DNA of 63,853 bases, counting the filler, from Octopus bimaculoides (Eukaryota), in the NCBI RefSeq assembly GCF_001194135.2. It is 6 parts of 6 records of this genome, joined end to end, with 100 filler letters (N's around TTAATTAATTAA, not from the genome) between each part and the next. Parts side by side here need not be neighbours in the genome. Positions count along the whole stretch, not along the records: positions 31,557 to 59,414 come from NC_068981.1; positions 59,515 to 61,239 come from NW_026383059.1; positions 61,340 to 62,404 come from NC_068991.1; 3 more parts are not named here. One strand, written 5' to 3'. The position numbers were made by a program, and so were the translations under genes. Of this stretch, positions 49,155 to 62,504 are shown in pieces (positions within the stretch are counted from its first letter, which is position 1; every line of letters begins with the position of its first letter). Below the pieces are notes generated by a model. That model did not search any database. It was given only the letters and a program-made list of their open reading frames with translations, and had not been told where the DNA came from.

Positions 49155-52100
49155 CATAAATAAATGATCGCCTTATGCTAAATAGAAGATGGATCAATGA
49201 GGAATCCTCTGCATCATCATTCGACCTAGCTACACAGCTATGCCTGCATCTATATGTGGGTGTATGATTTGTCTGTCAGATCACTTTATCCCTTTATATT
49301 AGTCATCCTACTTCCTGTTTGTTTTTCCATTATCAAGAGAGAGAGAGACTAAGTGTAGTTATAACATTCTGAACGAAGAGTTTATCAATGATATTGATTT
49401 GCTGTGACACACAACTGAGATCTGAAATACCCCACACAACATACATTACTACATATTTAACCTTCTACTTTAATTCAAGCTACATTAAAGTTTATTATCC
49501 AGCTTCCCATCTAACTTCTAGATAGAGGTTTGTCATTCAGTTTGACAATTTTAAAATTTAACTTTTGGCTCTTCCAACCAATGTTCTTAGGTTACAGCAC
49601 CTTTTATAATCTATTTTTCCATACTGACGCGAATGAACCTATTAAAGACCACATTTGGTATCACTATGATATATAACATATTTTATAACTTCAATATCTT
49701 ACATGTGAGGAAAATGAAAGGGGATTTGAAATTTGGATCTAGTTATCTAGTTCTTGTGTTTATTGGATTGTATCAACCGTCACAAAATACCCACACCAAG
49801 ACTAAATATGGTTAACAAAGAGAAAAAATTATGGCATTGGTATAACAGATATAATTCTGTATATTACAGTATATTTAATTGAACTAAAAGTTATATTGTA
49901 GGGTTTCTCTTCTTTAGAATACAAGAATAAGAAATGTGATCATTAATACCTAACTTGGCTTTAGGGAATACTTAGACTATGGAGCACATTGTTCTATAGA
50001 GAGAGAAATGGTAATTTAGTAACTAATGATGGAATACATTCAGTTCTGGTTAAAGGAAAGTAAATAACTGAAGATAATGCCTGAATCAACAAAATTTTTG
50101 TGATGGGAATTTTATGAAAGTTCTTTTGAATATGTGTGTGTGTGTGTGTGTGTGTATGTTATGATTCCATTGTCGATGCTCATGCAAAACTGCACACTAA
50201 CACAAATTCTATTAACACTACTACTAGTTATAAATCTGAAATAGTCCAGATAAGATAGTAAGAAAAAGAATTTTATTCAAAGAAAAAAAAAAAGAGCTAT
50301 TCAGATTTCTACCTCCAAGGGAGATGGGGGAGGGATAACAACAATACTGGTTAATTCAAAGTAACATAAATGCAAAAAGAAAATTGTTGATGTGAAGAAT
50401 ATTTATGACAAACCATCTGCCATTATCATTCATAATTTATACCATTTACCCCCACCCCATATTATTATGTTGTATGTCTTTTTTATTTGATGAAATTCTA
50501 GCAAACTTTAACACTTGGTCACTTATTAAATGCAATTACTGCATTCAGGTTTTTCTGAGCTTATTTCTTTATTCTGGCTATCACCGAGCAGTTTTACTGC
50601 TTCTTAAATAGCTCAGACAATGTGTAAATTTGATTATAAAAGTAAAATATTGTCTTTACGACTGTACTTTGTTAATTCATTCAAAGCTGTAGGATTACAC
50701 ATACACATACATGCACATTTGAGATTGTTTATTTTTGTTTGATTTCTCACAAGGTCCATACAGAAATGCAACTCAAAATGAACTGCAGAATTAGCAGTTT
50801 GTAAAAAACTTATCTTAAATGCTGATTCTACACAACTGCAACAACTATTTATAAAAAAAAATGTTCAAAGAATATCAAAAGCAATGTTCAGAATTGAAGT
50901 TTATGTAATCCCACACAGTATTTTTATAAAGTTAATTATTTCAAAAAGAAAATGTTATCATATCAACAAGATGTAAATCAGAACCAGGCTAGTCAATTTC
51001 CTAATGTTTTTATTATGAAGAGAACTGCAAATGAATGAAAACACACACACACACACACACACAAACTGAATTAATTTAGTACTGAGATATCTAGTTTTCA
51101 GACTATTAAAACCAAATTGACTTAAGTTATGACAGCAATTTTTCTTATCACTATCAGCATTTTGACAGGCTGTAGTTTAGCTCTTTAACATCACAAGGTC
51201 CAGTCCTTGTAGCAGTGTGATTGCTAGGTTGTGTGTCTCAATGAGTGACAAAACTATGCCAGCAAAGCACAAGCTCCTGGTAGGACCTTCTATGTTGGAC
51301 AGGCCAGAGACCAGACTAATATGGACCACCTCCTCCCAGAGGAAAAATCAATTTGCAAATGGCCAACACGCATACCTAGAAAAAAAGTTACAGAAGCATT
51401 GATATCAATTCAGAACCAACAAGAACTGGGAGAAGTGAAAGTTCTCTTAGGGAAACATATGATGTGGAAGAATGGAATAAGCAGGGGTCCAACTAGAGAG
51501 AAGCAGAAAAAAACAGCCCAGAGTTGAGAACAATGGAGAAAAGTCATTGATGTCCTATGAGAGTGAAGGGCTTAAGCAGTATTAAGTAGTTTAGCCCAAG
51601 GTCAGCTCTGATTGGGTGGACCTATGATTAAAGGCACTCTAGCTATGGTTATGCTGTCTTTTTATATTTCTATGACTATAGTGCTTGTCAATTTATCACT
51701 CAGGACAATGGGGGTCTAATCTGAAAACCTAGTTATTACTTCTAGGAAGCTGGTCGACCATATAGAAGATTCTATATTGGTTTGTATTGTGTTGAGTGTT
51801 TTCATGTTGTTTTGAAATGAATAAATAATGAATAAATGAATGAATAAATAATTGTGCAGTTTTCCATGAAGACTCAACCTTGAAACACATCTAAAATATA
51901 TTTTTACATTACATGGCATAAATCAGTTCCTAAACATTTTGGGGCTGATGTTTCTTTGGCACCCAGGCCACATTCCTACTATTCCTCCTCCTTTCACCAC
52001 CACAAAGAATGGACCACTTTTCTGCACCAAATTTGAAACAATTATTTCACAAGTAAAATTTAACCTAATTAACCCATTATTTTGCTGTTTTTACATCCAT

Positions 52101-53659
52101 CACCCTGTTTTGGCTACCCCCACTTTTCTTCATCACCATAACTTGAAACTGTCAGTTTTGTGCTGTCACTCAGCATTTAGCAACCATGCCTTGCAGTCAT
52201 ACAGTCACTGAGAGACCAATAATTTCACAAGCCATATTTCTGTGTTTAGAGATAAAATATCATCTTTTCAGTCTTAGGTGAGCAGCTCATACTCAGTGCA
52301 ACTAAAATACATTTCCACTAAAATTAGAAAATGTCATGGATGTTTTATCCAAAAGATCAAAGAGATTATCTTGTACATGATGTCGATTTAATTTTATGAT
52401 ATTAAGGTGGACCTGGTGGAAAAGTTGAGAGGCTTGAGTGTAGGAAAGTAGTCATAAAATGGAGAGATACTTCATTTCTCATAGTAAGCAACAGGAGTAG
52501 AAGATCCTGAATACGGGTAACGATTGTGGTTTAGGTGGCAGAAGTAAGCTCTTACAGATAGTGCTTGCTGGAATAGGTGACAGAATTAAAGTGGAGACTC
52601 AAAGGTTGGGCAATTTGGCACAATCAATGGGATGTTTGTTTATTCCCATGAGTAAAATTAAAAGACAAGAATATGAAGAAGCAGTTCTAAGGAGGCTTAT
52701 TTGTAAACTACAAAAAAAAAAAAATGATGACAATATTATTATAATTGTCAATTTCCATGGTAAAGTTGATAAATGCTAAGGCAGAGTGAGGGACACAGAA
52801 GCTATAGCTACAGCACAAGAAGCGAAGAAGGTTTGAAGACCCTGTGGTGGGGGGACCTGTCAGACAACTGGTCACCTATATTCAAGTGAGAAGTGTCACA
52901 TGCAGGAATAACAATGAACAATAGCAGGAAGTTGAGCAATAGAACTTAACTAGTCAAGAGGGAAGATAAGAGTAGGTCCCTTAATGTTTATGGTTGGTAA
53001 ATGGGAGACATGAAGTAGTCTGAATTACAGTACTATAATGGCCTTAGGATGTCACTGAGGAAAAGAGAATATGAACACTTCCAGACATGCTCTCATTGTA
53101 AGGGAAATGAGATATGTAATGAATAATGTGAGAGGTTGTTGAATAAGAAATATGAATGTGATTTGAATTTCATATTATGCAAACAAGATCTCCAGAGTCT
53201 CGTGAATATACAATTAGCCAATACTGTGTGTAACCTGAACCTAAGAATTATATTGGGGATAACCATTTCGTCTTTTGATTACAATGATTGGAAATGAATT
53301 CCGATTAATGTAAAACATGTAAAAGTGTTACATCAAAGCAGTGTTACTAACACTGATATGACGATAGTGTAGTATGCTTACAATTATCAAAAGTTCTATG
53401 TATTGGGTTGCTTGCTGGATTGATCTTAGACATTGTTAACAATATTAAAATAATTTTAACATGAAAATGACTGACATTATGCTGAAGGATTTAAAAATAT
53501 AGCAAAATATGTTTGGTCATCATTCCCTCTACAACTTTGTTTGAAGTACATATCTGTTAAAATAATTAAGTCTGTCACTGTTGCTATGTCTGCAAACAGA
53601 CAGCAAATAACATTGACAATCAAGGACAAAGAACACTCATATTCTGCAACAGAGGTGTT

Positions 53660-53936
53660 AAGACCAGTCCCTCTGATGGTGAAAAGCACTCATTGTGGTG
53701 CCATGTAAAAGTGCTTGTGTGGTTCCACATAAAAGTGCATGTGTGGTGCTATGTAAAATTTCCTGTGCAGTGCCATGTAAAAGCACCCAGGACACTTTGT
53801 AAAGTGATTTGTGTTAGGAAGGGCATCCAGCTGTAGAAATCATGCCAAACCAGAATCTGGTGTAGCCCCTGCCCCCTGCCAGGTCTGGTCAAACCAGCAT
53901 GGACAACAGATGTTAAATGATAATGATGATGATGAA
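53660..53936 (+). mobile_element. RTE-type 3' tail preceded by ~4 x 24-bp tandem units
   Basis: Units like tggtgccatgtaaaagtgcttgtg at 53696-53790, then the conserved tail and (GAT)n. Confidence 0.8.
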
Positions 53937-55449
53937 GCATGATGAAAAGCCAAAGGATGCACAGAAATACAACATAGTAAAACTCACAGAATTCTGTAAA
54001 TGTTTTTTTTTTTAAGTAATAATATTCAGAATGGTATTTTTTGTTTATGATCAGGTCAGTTATTTGAACAAAATCCACCTTGTCTGGATAATCGCAGTTT
54101 AGCAGGTAGAAAGCATCACAATAAAATTGACTCCAGTACTTGTAAGTGTTATTCTTATCAGTGTCTTATGCTGAAGTGCTAAGTCATGAGGACACAAACA
54201 AACCAACACTGGTTGTCAAAAGGTGGTGGGGACAAACATAGAGACACACATGATTTAATTTTCTCTTCATAAAAATTCAATTTAAAAGAGAAGTCTATAA
54301 TTTGTACTTATTTTAACATGTTATCTTGAAAGTAACAGTCTTTTTATTACATGACTTAGAAGAAGGGCAGCAGTCTTGACATTTTTTTTATGATCCTCTG
54401 AAACTTGTGGGAAGAAGGGAGAAATTTATTCTCAGACCAGAGTCTTAGCCTGAACATTTGCAACAGAGTGAACGCCTACTAAAACACCAAAGAGACAGGA
54501 TATGGTATAAATCATTATGAGAAATTAAGTCTACCACACCAAAACAGGAACAACCTCTTCAAAGTCTACCAAACTTCATCTACAACGCTTTGATCATACT
54601 CAGGTTATGATAGAAAACACTTTTCCAATATGACATGAAGTAAGACTGAACCTGAAAGCATGTAATTGCCAAGTGAACATCATAGCCATTGCAGTTACAC
54701 ATGTGGCCTTAGTTTGAAAGCTAATTTCCATTCAAACAGGAATAAAAAAAACCATTTGCTCTAATAAATAAATAAATAAATAAAAACAAACAAACAAAAC
54801 CTAGAATCTGAAACAGTTCAGCTCCAAAAGACCAGAATTCATCTCTCTCAATGATGCACACATATTTTATAAACTACACAGTAATTAAATTAAAAACTAA
54901 TCAAATGATAAAGTTCAACAAGAACAGATTAAATTTGAGCAAATGGCTCAATGGCAGAACATGACAATCTGTTTAGCAACTTAAATTCTTCATTTTATTA
55001 TAATAAGTTCAGTCATTCCTCCTCCTAAATTTAAATAAAATAAGCTCTTAATTCATACTGACAAATCTGATTAGAGATAGAGTTCTAATCTGAAAGAGAA
55101 TGAACCAATATAACAATTGAATCTAAAATTAATGATTTAGTAATTAATTCTCTCATTTGTGGCAATGTATTAAAATATTTTTACACTTTACTCAATAAGT
55201 TTGAATATTCTTTATGGTTTAGTTTCCAAAGAATACCAAAAATCAGAAATGCTCAAACAGAGGATTCTATTCAGATATTCTGAATAAAAATATGGATTTT
55301 GGTTACAAACTGAAATATAGTATTGGAGATATTCTACAGAAATGAAGCCAAACAATCCCTTATCAGAAAGCAGCAACTGCAAAAAAATCTTCAGAATAAA
55401 TCCTGATTAAAAAAATAAATAACTGACATATTATCATATCATCTTCAGG

Positions 55450-55645
55450 GTGGTGGATTGGTAAAATCATTAGTGCATTGCAATATTTGTTTCAGCTCTA
55501 TACATTTTGAGCTCAAATCCTGCCAAGGCCAACTTTGCCTTTCATCCCTTCATAGTCAATAACATGGAGCACCAGGGAAGTACTGGGGTCAATGGTATTG
55601 ACTAACCCCTCCCTTAAAACTTCTGCCTAAATCTGAAACTATTAC
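55450..55645 (+). mobile_element. SINE family A, CpG-decayed
   Basis: gagctcaaatcctgccaaggccaactttgcctttcatccc. Confidence 0.75.
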
Positions 55646-56184
55646 CATATTATCTTCTTGAGTTAAGATTCCTTGAAAATAGTTCCTCATATTTCTATGG
55701 AATTCCTATCAATACCTATCAATGTATACTGGATCAATAGGAATAAGTTTTTAATCCATTACAAACTGAAATGTTCCTTAGCTTTTTTTTTTAGCTATCA
55801 TTGCTAAGGATAAGCTAGAGCATTGACGATGGATAGAATGATATTTTTAGAGTCATACTAAAAATGCTAAGCATAGATATAATACTTACAATTAAGTAAA
55901 ATATTTGCTATTTACTAGTGACTAACTAATACTATATACTATTGGCATGTAAAACATGGTAAGTGATAATTAATGTGAACACTGATTGCTTATTTAACAA
56001 TCAAAACAAAAAAATCTGATGATGTTTGCAACTAGCTGGTGTAAAATGGGTGGCACATTAAGTCTACCAACACATTAAGTCTTTCATACATTTTGTCTTT
56101 AAGGTTTCTATCACAGTTCATTTTACTTTCTACAGCACTGGACCTGTAAAAGTAAGTACCAGTAGTAAACTGGTCAATTTACAC

Positions 56185-56522
56185 CTACTGCGCTGCACTT
56201 TCGGCAAGTATTTTCTACTATAGCCTCGGGCCAACCAAAGCCCTGTGAGTGGATTTTGTAGACAGAAAGAATCCTGTTGTATAGATATATATCTACGTGT
56301 GTACATGTGTGTGTCTTAGTGTCTGCATTTATCTGTCTGCTACCCCCACAACTGGTGTTGGTGTGTTTTCATTTCCATAACTGCAAAAGAAACCGATAGA
56401 ATAAGTACCAGGTTTTTTTAAATAAAGTATTGGAGTCAATTCATGTGGCTAAAAATTTCCCAAGGTGGTGTCCCAACATGAATGCAGTTTAATGACTGAA
56501 ATGAGTAAAAGATAAAAGAAGA
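56185..56522 (+). mobile_element. SINE family C lacking head
   Basis: ggcaagtattttctactatagcctcgggccaaccaaagccctgtgagtgg...gactgaaatgagtaaaagataaaag. Confidence 0.8.
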
Positions 56523-56612
56523 CTCAATTCCTATCCAAAAAATGGCCTAGTGTATTTGGAGAAAATATAATGGGAAAAGAAATAACAAAGGCTTATTTTT
56601 ATATATATATGT

Positions 56613-57625
56613 ATCATCATCATTTAACGTCCACTTTCCATGCTGGCATGGGTTGGACGGTTTTACTGTAAACTGATAAGCCGGGGGGGNNNNNNNNNNA
56701 GATTCCAATCCGATTTGGCAAGGTTTCTATGGCATGATGCCCTTCCTAATGCCAACCACTCCAAGAGTGTAGTGGGTGCTTTTTATGTGCCACCAGCACA
56801 GGTGCCATTGGACTGACACCAGCATTGACCATGACTATAGTCTCACTTGGTTTAACAGGTCAACACAAGCATGGTATATTGCCAAGGATCTTGATTACCT
56901 GTCACAGGCACGAGTGCCAGTCAGACAGCAGGCAGTGGCAATGGCCACGACTACGATTTCACTCGGTTCAACAGATCTTCACAAGCACAGCATATCACTC
57001 AATGATTGAAAGGTGCTTTTAACAGGCCAGTTATGTGACACTGGCGCTGGCCACAACAACGATCTCACTAGGCTTGACGTCACTGCCTTCACGAGGCCCA
57101 ATGCATGAACAGTGCTTGTTACATGCCACTGGCACAGGTGCCAGTCAGACAGCACTGACATCGGCCACGACTATGATTTCACTTGGTTTGACAGGTTTTC
57201 ACAAGCACAACATATCACCCAACGATTTAAGGGTGCTTTTAACGGGCCAGTTAAACGACACTGGCATTGGCCATGACTACGATCTCATTTGGCTTGACGG
57301 GTCTTCTCAAGCATAGCATATCGCCAAAGGTCTCAGCCACTTGTCATTGCCTCTGTGAGGTCTAACATTTGATGATCGTGCCTCACCACCTCATTCCATG
57401 TCTTCCTGGGTCTACCTCTTCCACAGGTTCCCTCCATTGTTAGAGTGCGACACTTCTTCACACAGCTGTCCTCATCCATACACATCACATGACCATACCA
57501 TCTGATGATTCTTATGTCCAACTGTGCATGCACACTGACATGGCATATCCAACGGAGCATACTAGCTTCATTTGTCAACACATGTTCAGCAGTCACAGCC
57601 CATGTTTCACTGTCATGTAGCATGA
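56613..57625 (-). mobile_element. RTE-clade LINE 3' fragment (ORF C-terminus, tandem 3' UTR, tail)
   Basis: LHDSETWAVTAE..NEASMLRWIC..RWYGHVMCMDEDSCVKKC..GRGRPRKTW is the RTE-clade ORF end. Followed by tandem UTR units and a (GAT)n tail. Confidence 0.92.
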
Positions 57626-57644
57626 TTGTTCACACACAGGCATC

Positions 57645-58000
57645 ATTTTTTCTTTTATTTGTTTCAGTCATTTGACTGCAGCCATGCTGGAGCACCACCT
57701 TTAGTCGAGCAAATCGACCCCAGGACTTATTCTATCAGTCTCTTTTGCTGAACCGCTAAGTTACAGGGACGTAAACACACCAGCATTGGTTGTCAAGTGA
57801 TGTTGGGGGGACAAATACAGACACACAAATATATACACACATACATACATATATACATGGGCTTCTTTCAGTTTCCGTCTACCAAATCTACCCAAGGCTA
57901 TAGTAGAAGACACTTACCCAAGGTGTCAAGCAGTGGGACTGAACCCAGAACCATGTGGATTGTAAGCAAGGTACTTACCTCACAGCCACTTCTGCACCTA
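57645..58000 (-). mobile_element. SINE family C, near full length, CpG-decayed
   Basis: Matches the 32255 copy with several CpG transitions. Confidence 0.9.
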
Positions 58001-58924
58001 CATATATATATATATATTTATTAATTTTTGCATAGTCAATATGTTTATTAACATCTTTCATTGACACTTGTACAATGTTCACTTAACTGTACTAATGAAC
58101 AGAAGAATTCATTGTTCATATTAGATGAATTTTTGTTGTTAATCCATAACAAGCCTGAACACTATACAGGAAAGTAAAAAATAAGTCATATATATGAACT
58201 GCATAAAGAAAAATACCTTTCTTTCTCAACTCAATAAATTTCTGTTTTACAGCTACTGGCTTAACTAAATTAGACATAGTAATTAAAGCGAAGAAAAAAA
58301 AAGTTAGACATTACTTATTTGTTTTTAGTAAATCAAATCGACATAGCAGGCAACATATCACAAAGGACAGTTTTATTGCCTTTTGGCAACATGCAAATGC
58401 CAAGTTGTACTAAAGCAGGGATAATGTTACTTAGCTTATCAACATGGGCGAGATGAAAAGCTAAGCTGACCAAGGCAGCTATTTAGTACAGAAGTACAAG
58501 TTTCGTCAGCTCAGATAGTATATAATGTTATAGTTTAGTACATCAAGGTCCTGAGTTTAAAGAGTGTCAAACTCAATATAATATCATTTTGAGATCAATA
58601 AAGCAAATGACAATAACCCAGCTTTTTGGATTATAGCCAATAAAAGAGCAAGTTTTAGATGTTTCCAAAATTAAGACTTCAGAATATAAACCAACTACTT
58701 TTTATACAAGCTAAAAATCAATTTGTTATCTTTTCAGTTGAGAAATTTCAGAAAAAGAAAGTTATGTGATCTGAAACATAAATGGACAAAACTGTGTGTC
58801 AATCTTTTTTTTTCCAAATGACGACAGCATATTGTCAAAGAATACATTGGAAATAAACTTTAAAAAAATTCTTGATTTAGATGTAAGAAGTTAATACAGA
58901 CATAAATTACTGATGGACAGAAAG

Positions 58925-58926
<2 letters not shown>

Positions 58927-58970
<44 letters not shown>
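58927..58970. repeat. (TA)n microsatellite
   Basis: Tandem TA units. Confidence 0.97.
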
Positions 58971-58972
<2 letters not shown>

Positions 58973-59914
58973 AAGTATTAATAATTGGACCTTGTATTAC
59001 TCTGTAACTTCTGCTGATTATTAAATATATCAGTCAACTACAGTACATCTGTCAGATGGGACCTTGATGATTGCTTTAAAGCAGGAAAGTATACTAGCCC
59101 CTATATATATTTAATACTCAATATTTCATATATTCAATAAGACATTCAATACTTCGTTTCATTTTACTATTTATATTATATACTCCATATTCTATATCCC
59201 ACATTAATTTTATAAGAATACTAGCAGTATAACCCGACCTTGTTCGGGTGTGACTTATTATGCCATCTACGATAAGTCTTGCTAGCTGAAAATCAACTAA
59301 AAAAGAAAGCCTTACAACAAAAAAACCCTTATGATGTAAATATGTTCATAATTCAAAAGACGATGAAATTAATAGGGAAAGTCTGAAGGCTGTTTTGCGT
59401 AAAATTATTAAGCANNNNNNNNNNNNNNNNNNNNNNNNNNNNNNNNNNNNNNNNNNNNTTAATTAATTAANNNNNNNNNNNNNNNNNNNNNNNNNNNNNN
59501 NNNNNNNNNNNNNNATACAAGGACAAGCTTTTAAGATTCTTGCTTATGAGGAAATTTACCATTCCTCAATATAAATGAGTAATAAACACTTAAACAAGAG
59601 AACGTTTTCAAAGAACTGATTATAAGTGATTAATCCGATCAAAACTTCNNNNNNNNNNGAACGTTTTCAAAGAACTGATTATAAGTGATTAATCCGATCA
59701 AAACTTCAATTGGAAATAGATCGCGTCGAAATTAACAAAAACAATTCTACATCGTAAAAGGCAGAGAAGAAAAACGACAAAATTCAAACTGTTAAGTGAA
59801 AAAATATTAAAGTGAAGACCCACAATATAAGCTGCATCAGTATTGCAGTAGGGTGGCAACAGTTTCAAATCGATGCAATAGAAACACGTATAGGTCTATT
59901 TGAAGCTGTACATA

Positions 59915-61182
59915 TTTTGGTTTGGCAAGAAAGTAATTTCGGTTTTTTAGTGTGAAATAAAAGTCACAAAGAATGAACTTCAATCAATTATATATTTTCC
60001 ATTTTGTTCGATGACCTTTTACCATCTTTCTNNNNNNNNNNCATTTTGTTCGATGACCTTTTACCATCTTTCTGGCAACTTCATGATTCCGCTCTCATAG
60101 ATCTGGTCCTTATCAGCCAGAAACTGAAGCAAGTGCGATTTCANNNNNNNNNNTCATAGATCTGGTCCTTATCAGCCAGAAACTGAAGCAAGTGCGATTT
60201 CAAGTCATCATCATTATTTAAAGTTTTACCATTCAAAGAATTCCACACACTGGTAATCTGATGGTGCACGTTCAGGCTTATATGGTGGATGTGACATCAT
60301 TTCCTGAACAAGCACCAATAACTTTTCACCAGTAACTTTTCACCATAGTGTGATCTAGCATTGTCGTGGTGGAACACGATTCCTTTGCGAATTGCCAATT
60401 CTTGCCGTTTTTCTTTGATTGCTTCCGCCCGTTTTATTAGTTGTTGACAGTAAACATCTGGTTCCTTAGAAGAAGCTCAAACTACACAACACCTTTGTAA
60501 TCCCACCAAATTGACAGCATGGCCTTTTTAGATGCAGTTCACCTTTCGATGTGGTTTGTGCTTGGACCATAATCGTTTTCCATTGGTGTTATCGTAGACA
60601 ATCCATTTCTCATCAGCGCTGATGATTCATTAAAAAAAATCCGTCGATTTCATTGCGTTTGAGATGCATATTGCAAATATTCATTCGTTGTGTTAAGTGA
60701 ATCTCTTTCANNNNNNNNNNAGATGCATATTGCAAATATTCATTCGTTGTGTTAAGTGAATCTCTTTCAATTTATGTGTAGCCCTAATATCGATCTTATT
60801 ATCACATCGAAGATATTTTAAGTGATCTTCAGTTGTTCTATGTGATACATTTAACCTCTCTGCAAACTCTCACACAGTTATACGAAAAGCNNNNNNNNNN
60901 NNNNNNNNNNNNNNNNNNNNNNNNNNNNNNNNNNNNNNNNNNNNNNNNNNNNNNNNNNNNNNNNNNNNNNNNNNNNNNNNNNNNNNNNNNNNNNNNNNNN
61001 NNNNNNNNNNNNNNNNNNNNNNTAAGCAATCAACACCATAAACTTCACATATCTCTTTGTGAGGCTCAGCAGTATTCTTGCCTTTACGGAAATAAAAGCA
61101 AAATCATAACATTGACAAACGTCATTGAAAACAATCGTAACTCTATTTGCAAAAATGAAATTAGTTTCTTGCTAACTTAGGT
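59915..61182 (-). mobile_element. Near full-length degenerate mariner (DD34D, cecropia-like)
   Basis: TA-flanked TIRs sharing gcaagaaa.taatttc..tttt. Minus-strand motifs KGKNTAEPHKEICEVYG, MLSIWWDYKGVV, FHHDNAR, SHPPYKPERAPSDY, LPERW*KVIEQNGKYIID*. Confidence 0.9.
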
Positions 61183-61339
61183 TATAAAAGTGAATTAAAG
61201 GTAATGCTATGCTACTTCGATATAATCATCATCATCATCNNNNNNNNNNNNNNNNNNNNNNNNNNNNNNNNNNNNNNNNNNNNTTAATTAATTAANNNNN
61301 NNNNNNNNNNNNNNNNNNNNNNNNNNNNNNNNNNNNNNN

Positions 61340-61381
<42 letters not shown>

Positions 61382-61382
<1 letters not shown>

Positions 61383-61613
61383 TAGGGTACTACATAAGCA
61401 CCTGCTTTGCTAAAAATAGAAGTGAAAATACTTCTAAAGATCACAACATTACAACAAGCTGATGGGAAAGAATTTCAGTGTACAAGAAAAGCCTCCTACC
61501 TCCGCCACTAAAATTCTTTCCTATCCGCACGTATTAATTTTGTGATCCTTCTCTGGTTTAAAAGTATTTTCGCTTCTATTTTTAGCGAAGCGGGTGTATA
61601 TTTAGCACCCTAG
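61382..61613. mobile_element. MITE (232 bp) with 52-bp TIRs, inserted in (TA)n
   Basis: ctagggtactacataagcacctgctttgctaaaaatagaagtgaaaatactt vs reverse-complemented right end: 7 mismatches in 52. Confidence 0.88.
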
Positions 61614-62122
61614 TATATATATATATATGCATATATATATGTCTCTGTGAATGTGTGTGTGTGTTTGTGTGAGCGGATGTTTTATGTTTTATTGATTTGC
61701 CTATACGGCTGTACGCCCGCGGCCACCAGCGATATTATTTTTAGAAATATTATCGTTCTTGCATTTTATTCTTCATATATATATATATATATATATAAGT
61801 GTAAGGTCATGGCCTAAACATGATTATATATATTTGTGCTTATATTCATTATTCCATCTCTTTTGCTAACTGATTGACCATTCCAAAAACTCCATTTTTT
61901 TAATAATAACCTCATATTTCCCAATCCCTCCCACTCTCAGACACTCTCTTCCTCACCATACGTTCTCATTATTTTCTCTTTCTCTATCTCTTGAACGTAT
62001 TCAGTTTATTTACTTGTATACACATTTTCACTTATTTTATATATTTTATCTATCTGTCTGTCTGCCTATCCATCTATATCTAACCACTTTTACCATTGCA
62101 TAGTCCCGCATTTGTTTGTTTG

Positions 62123-62129
62123 TTTACTC

Positions 62130-62172
<43 letters not shown>

Positions 62173-62173
62173 T
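62123..62173. repeat. (CTTT)n microsatellite
   Basis: Tandem CTTT units. Confidence 0.95.
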
Positions 62174-62363
62174 CAAATCCTATCTTGGTTTTGATTTTCC
62201 CCTTCTGTTTCCCTGTTCCTTTTGTGTTTCTTATTTTTTTTCTCTTTATTTTCTTTGCCTCTTCTTTCTCCAATTTCTTCTCACTTTTCTCGCTACTTTT
62301 CTCTTCTTTTTTGTTGTTCTACTGACTTTTTTGTGCCCATTGTTCTTCTTTCTACTTCCGTCG

Positions 62364-62404
<41 letters not shown>

Positions 62405-62504
62405 NNNNNNNNNNNNNNNNNNNNNNNNNNNNNNNNNNNNNNNNNNNNTTAATTAATTAANNNNNNNNNNNNNNNNNNNNNNNNNNNNNNNNNNNNNNNN
62501 NNNN

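Noticed and set aside
950-58000. tRNA-like A/B-box sequences as tRNA genes
   Set aside because: They are SINE heads continuous with SINE bodies, with no complete cloverleaf.
59590-60770. Short exact duplications on either side of 10-N gaps
   Set aside because: Typical negative-gap assembly artefacts, not tandem repeats.
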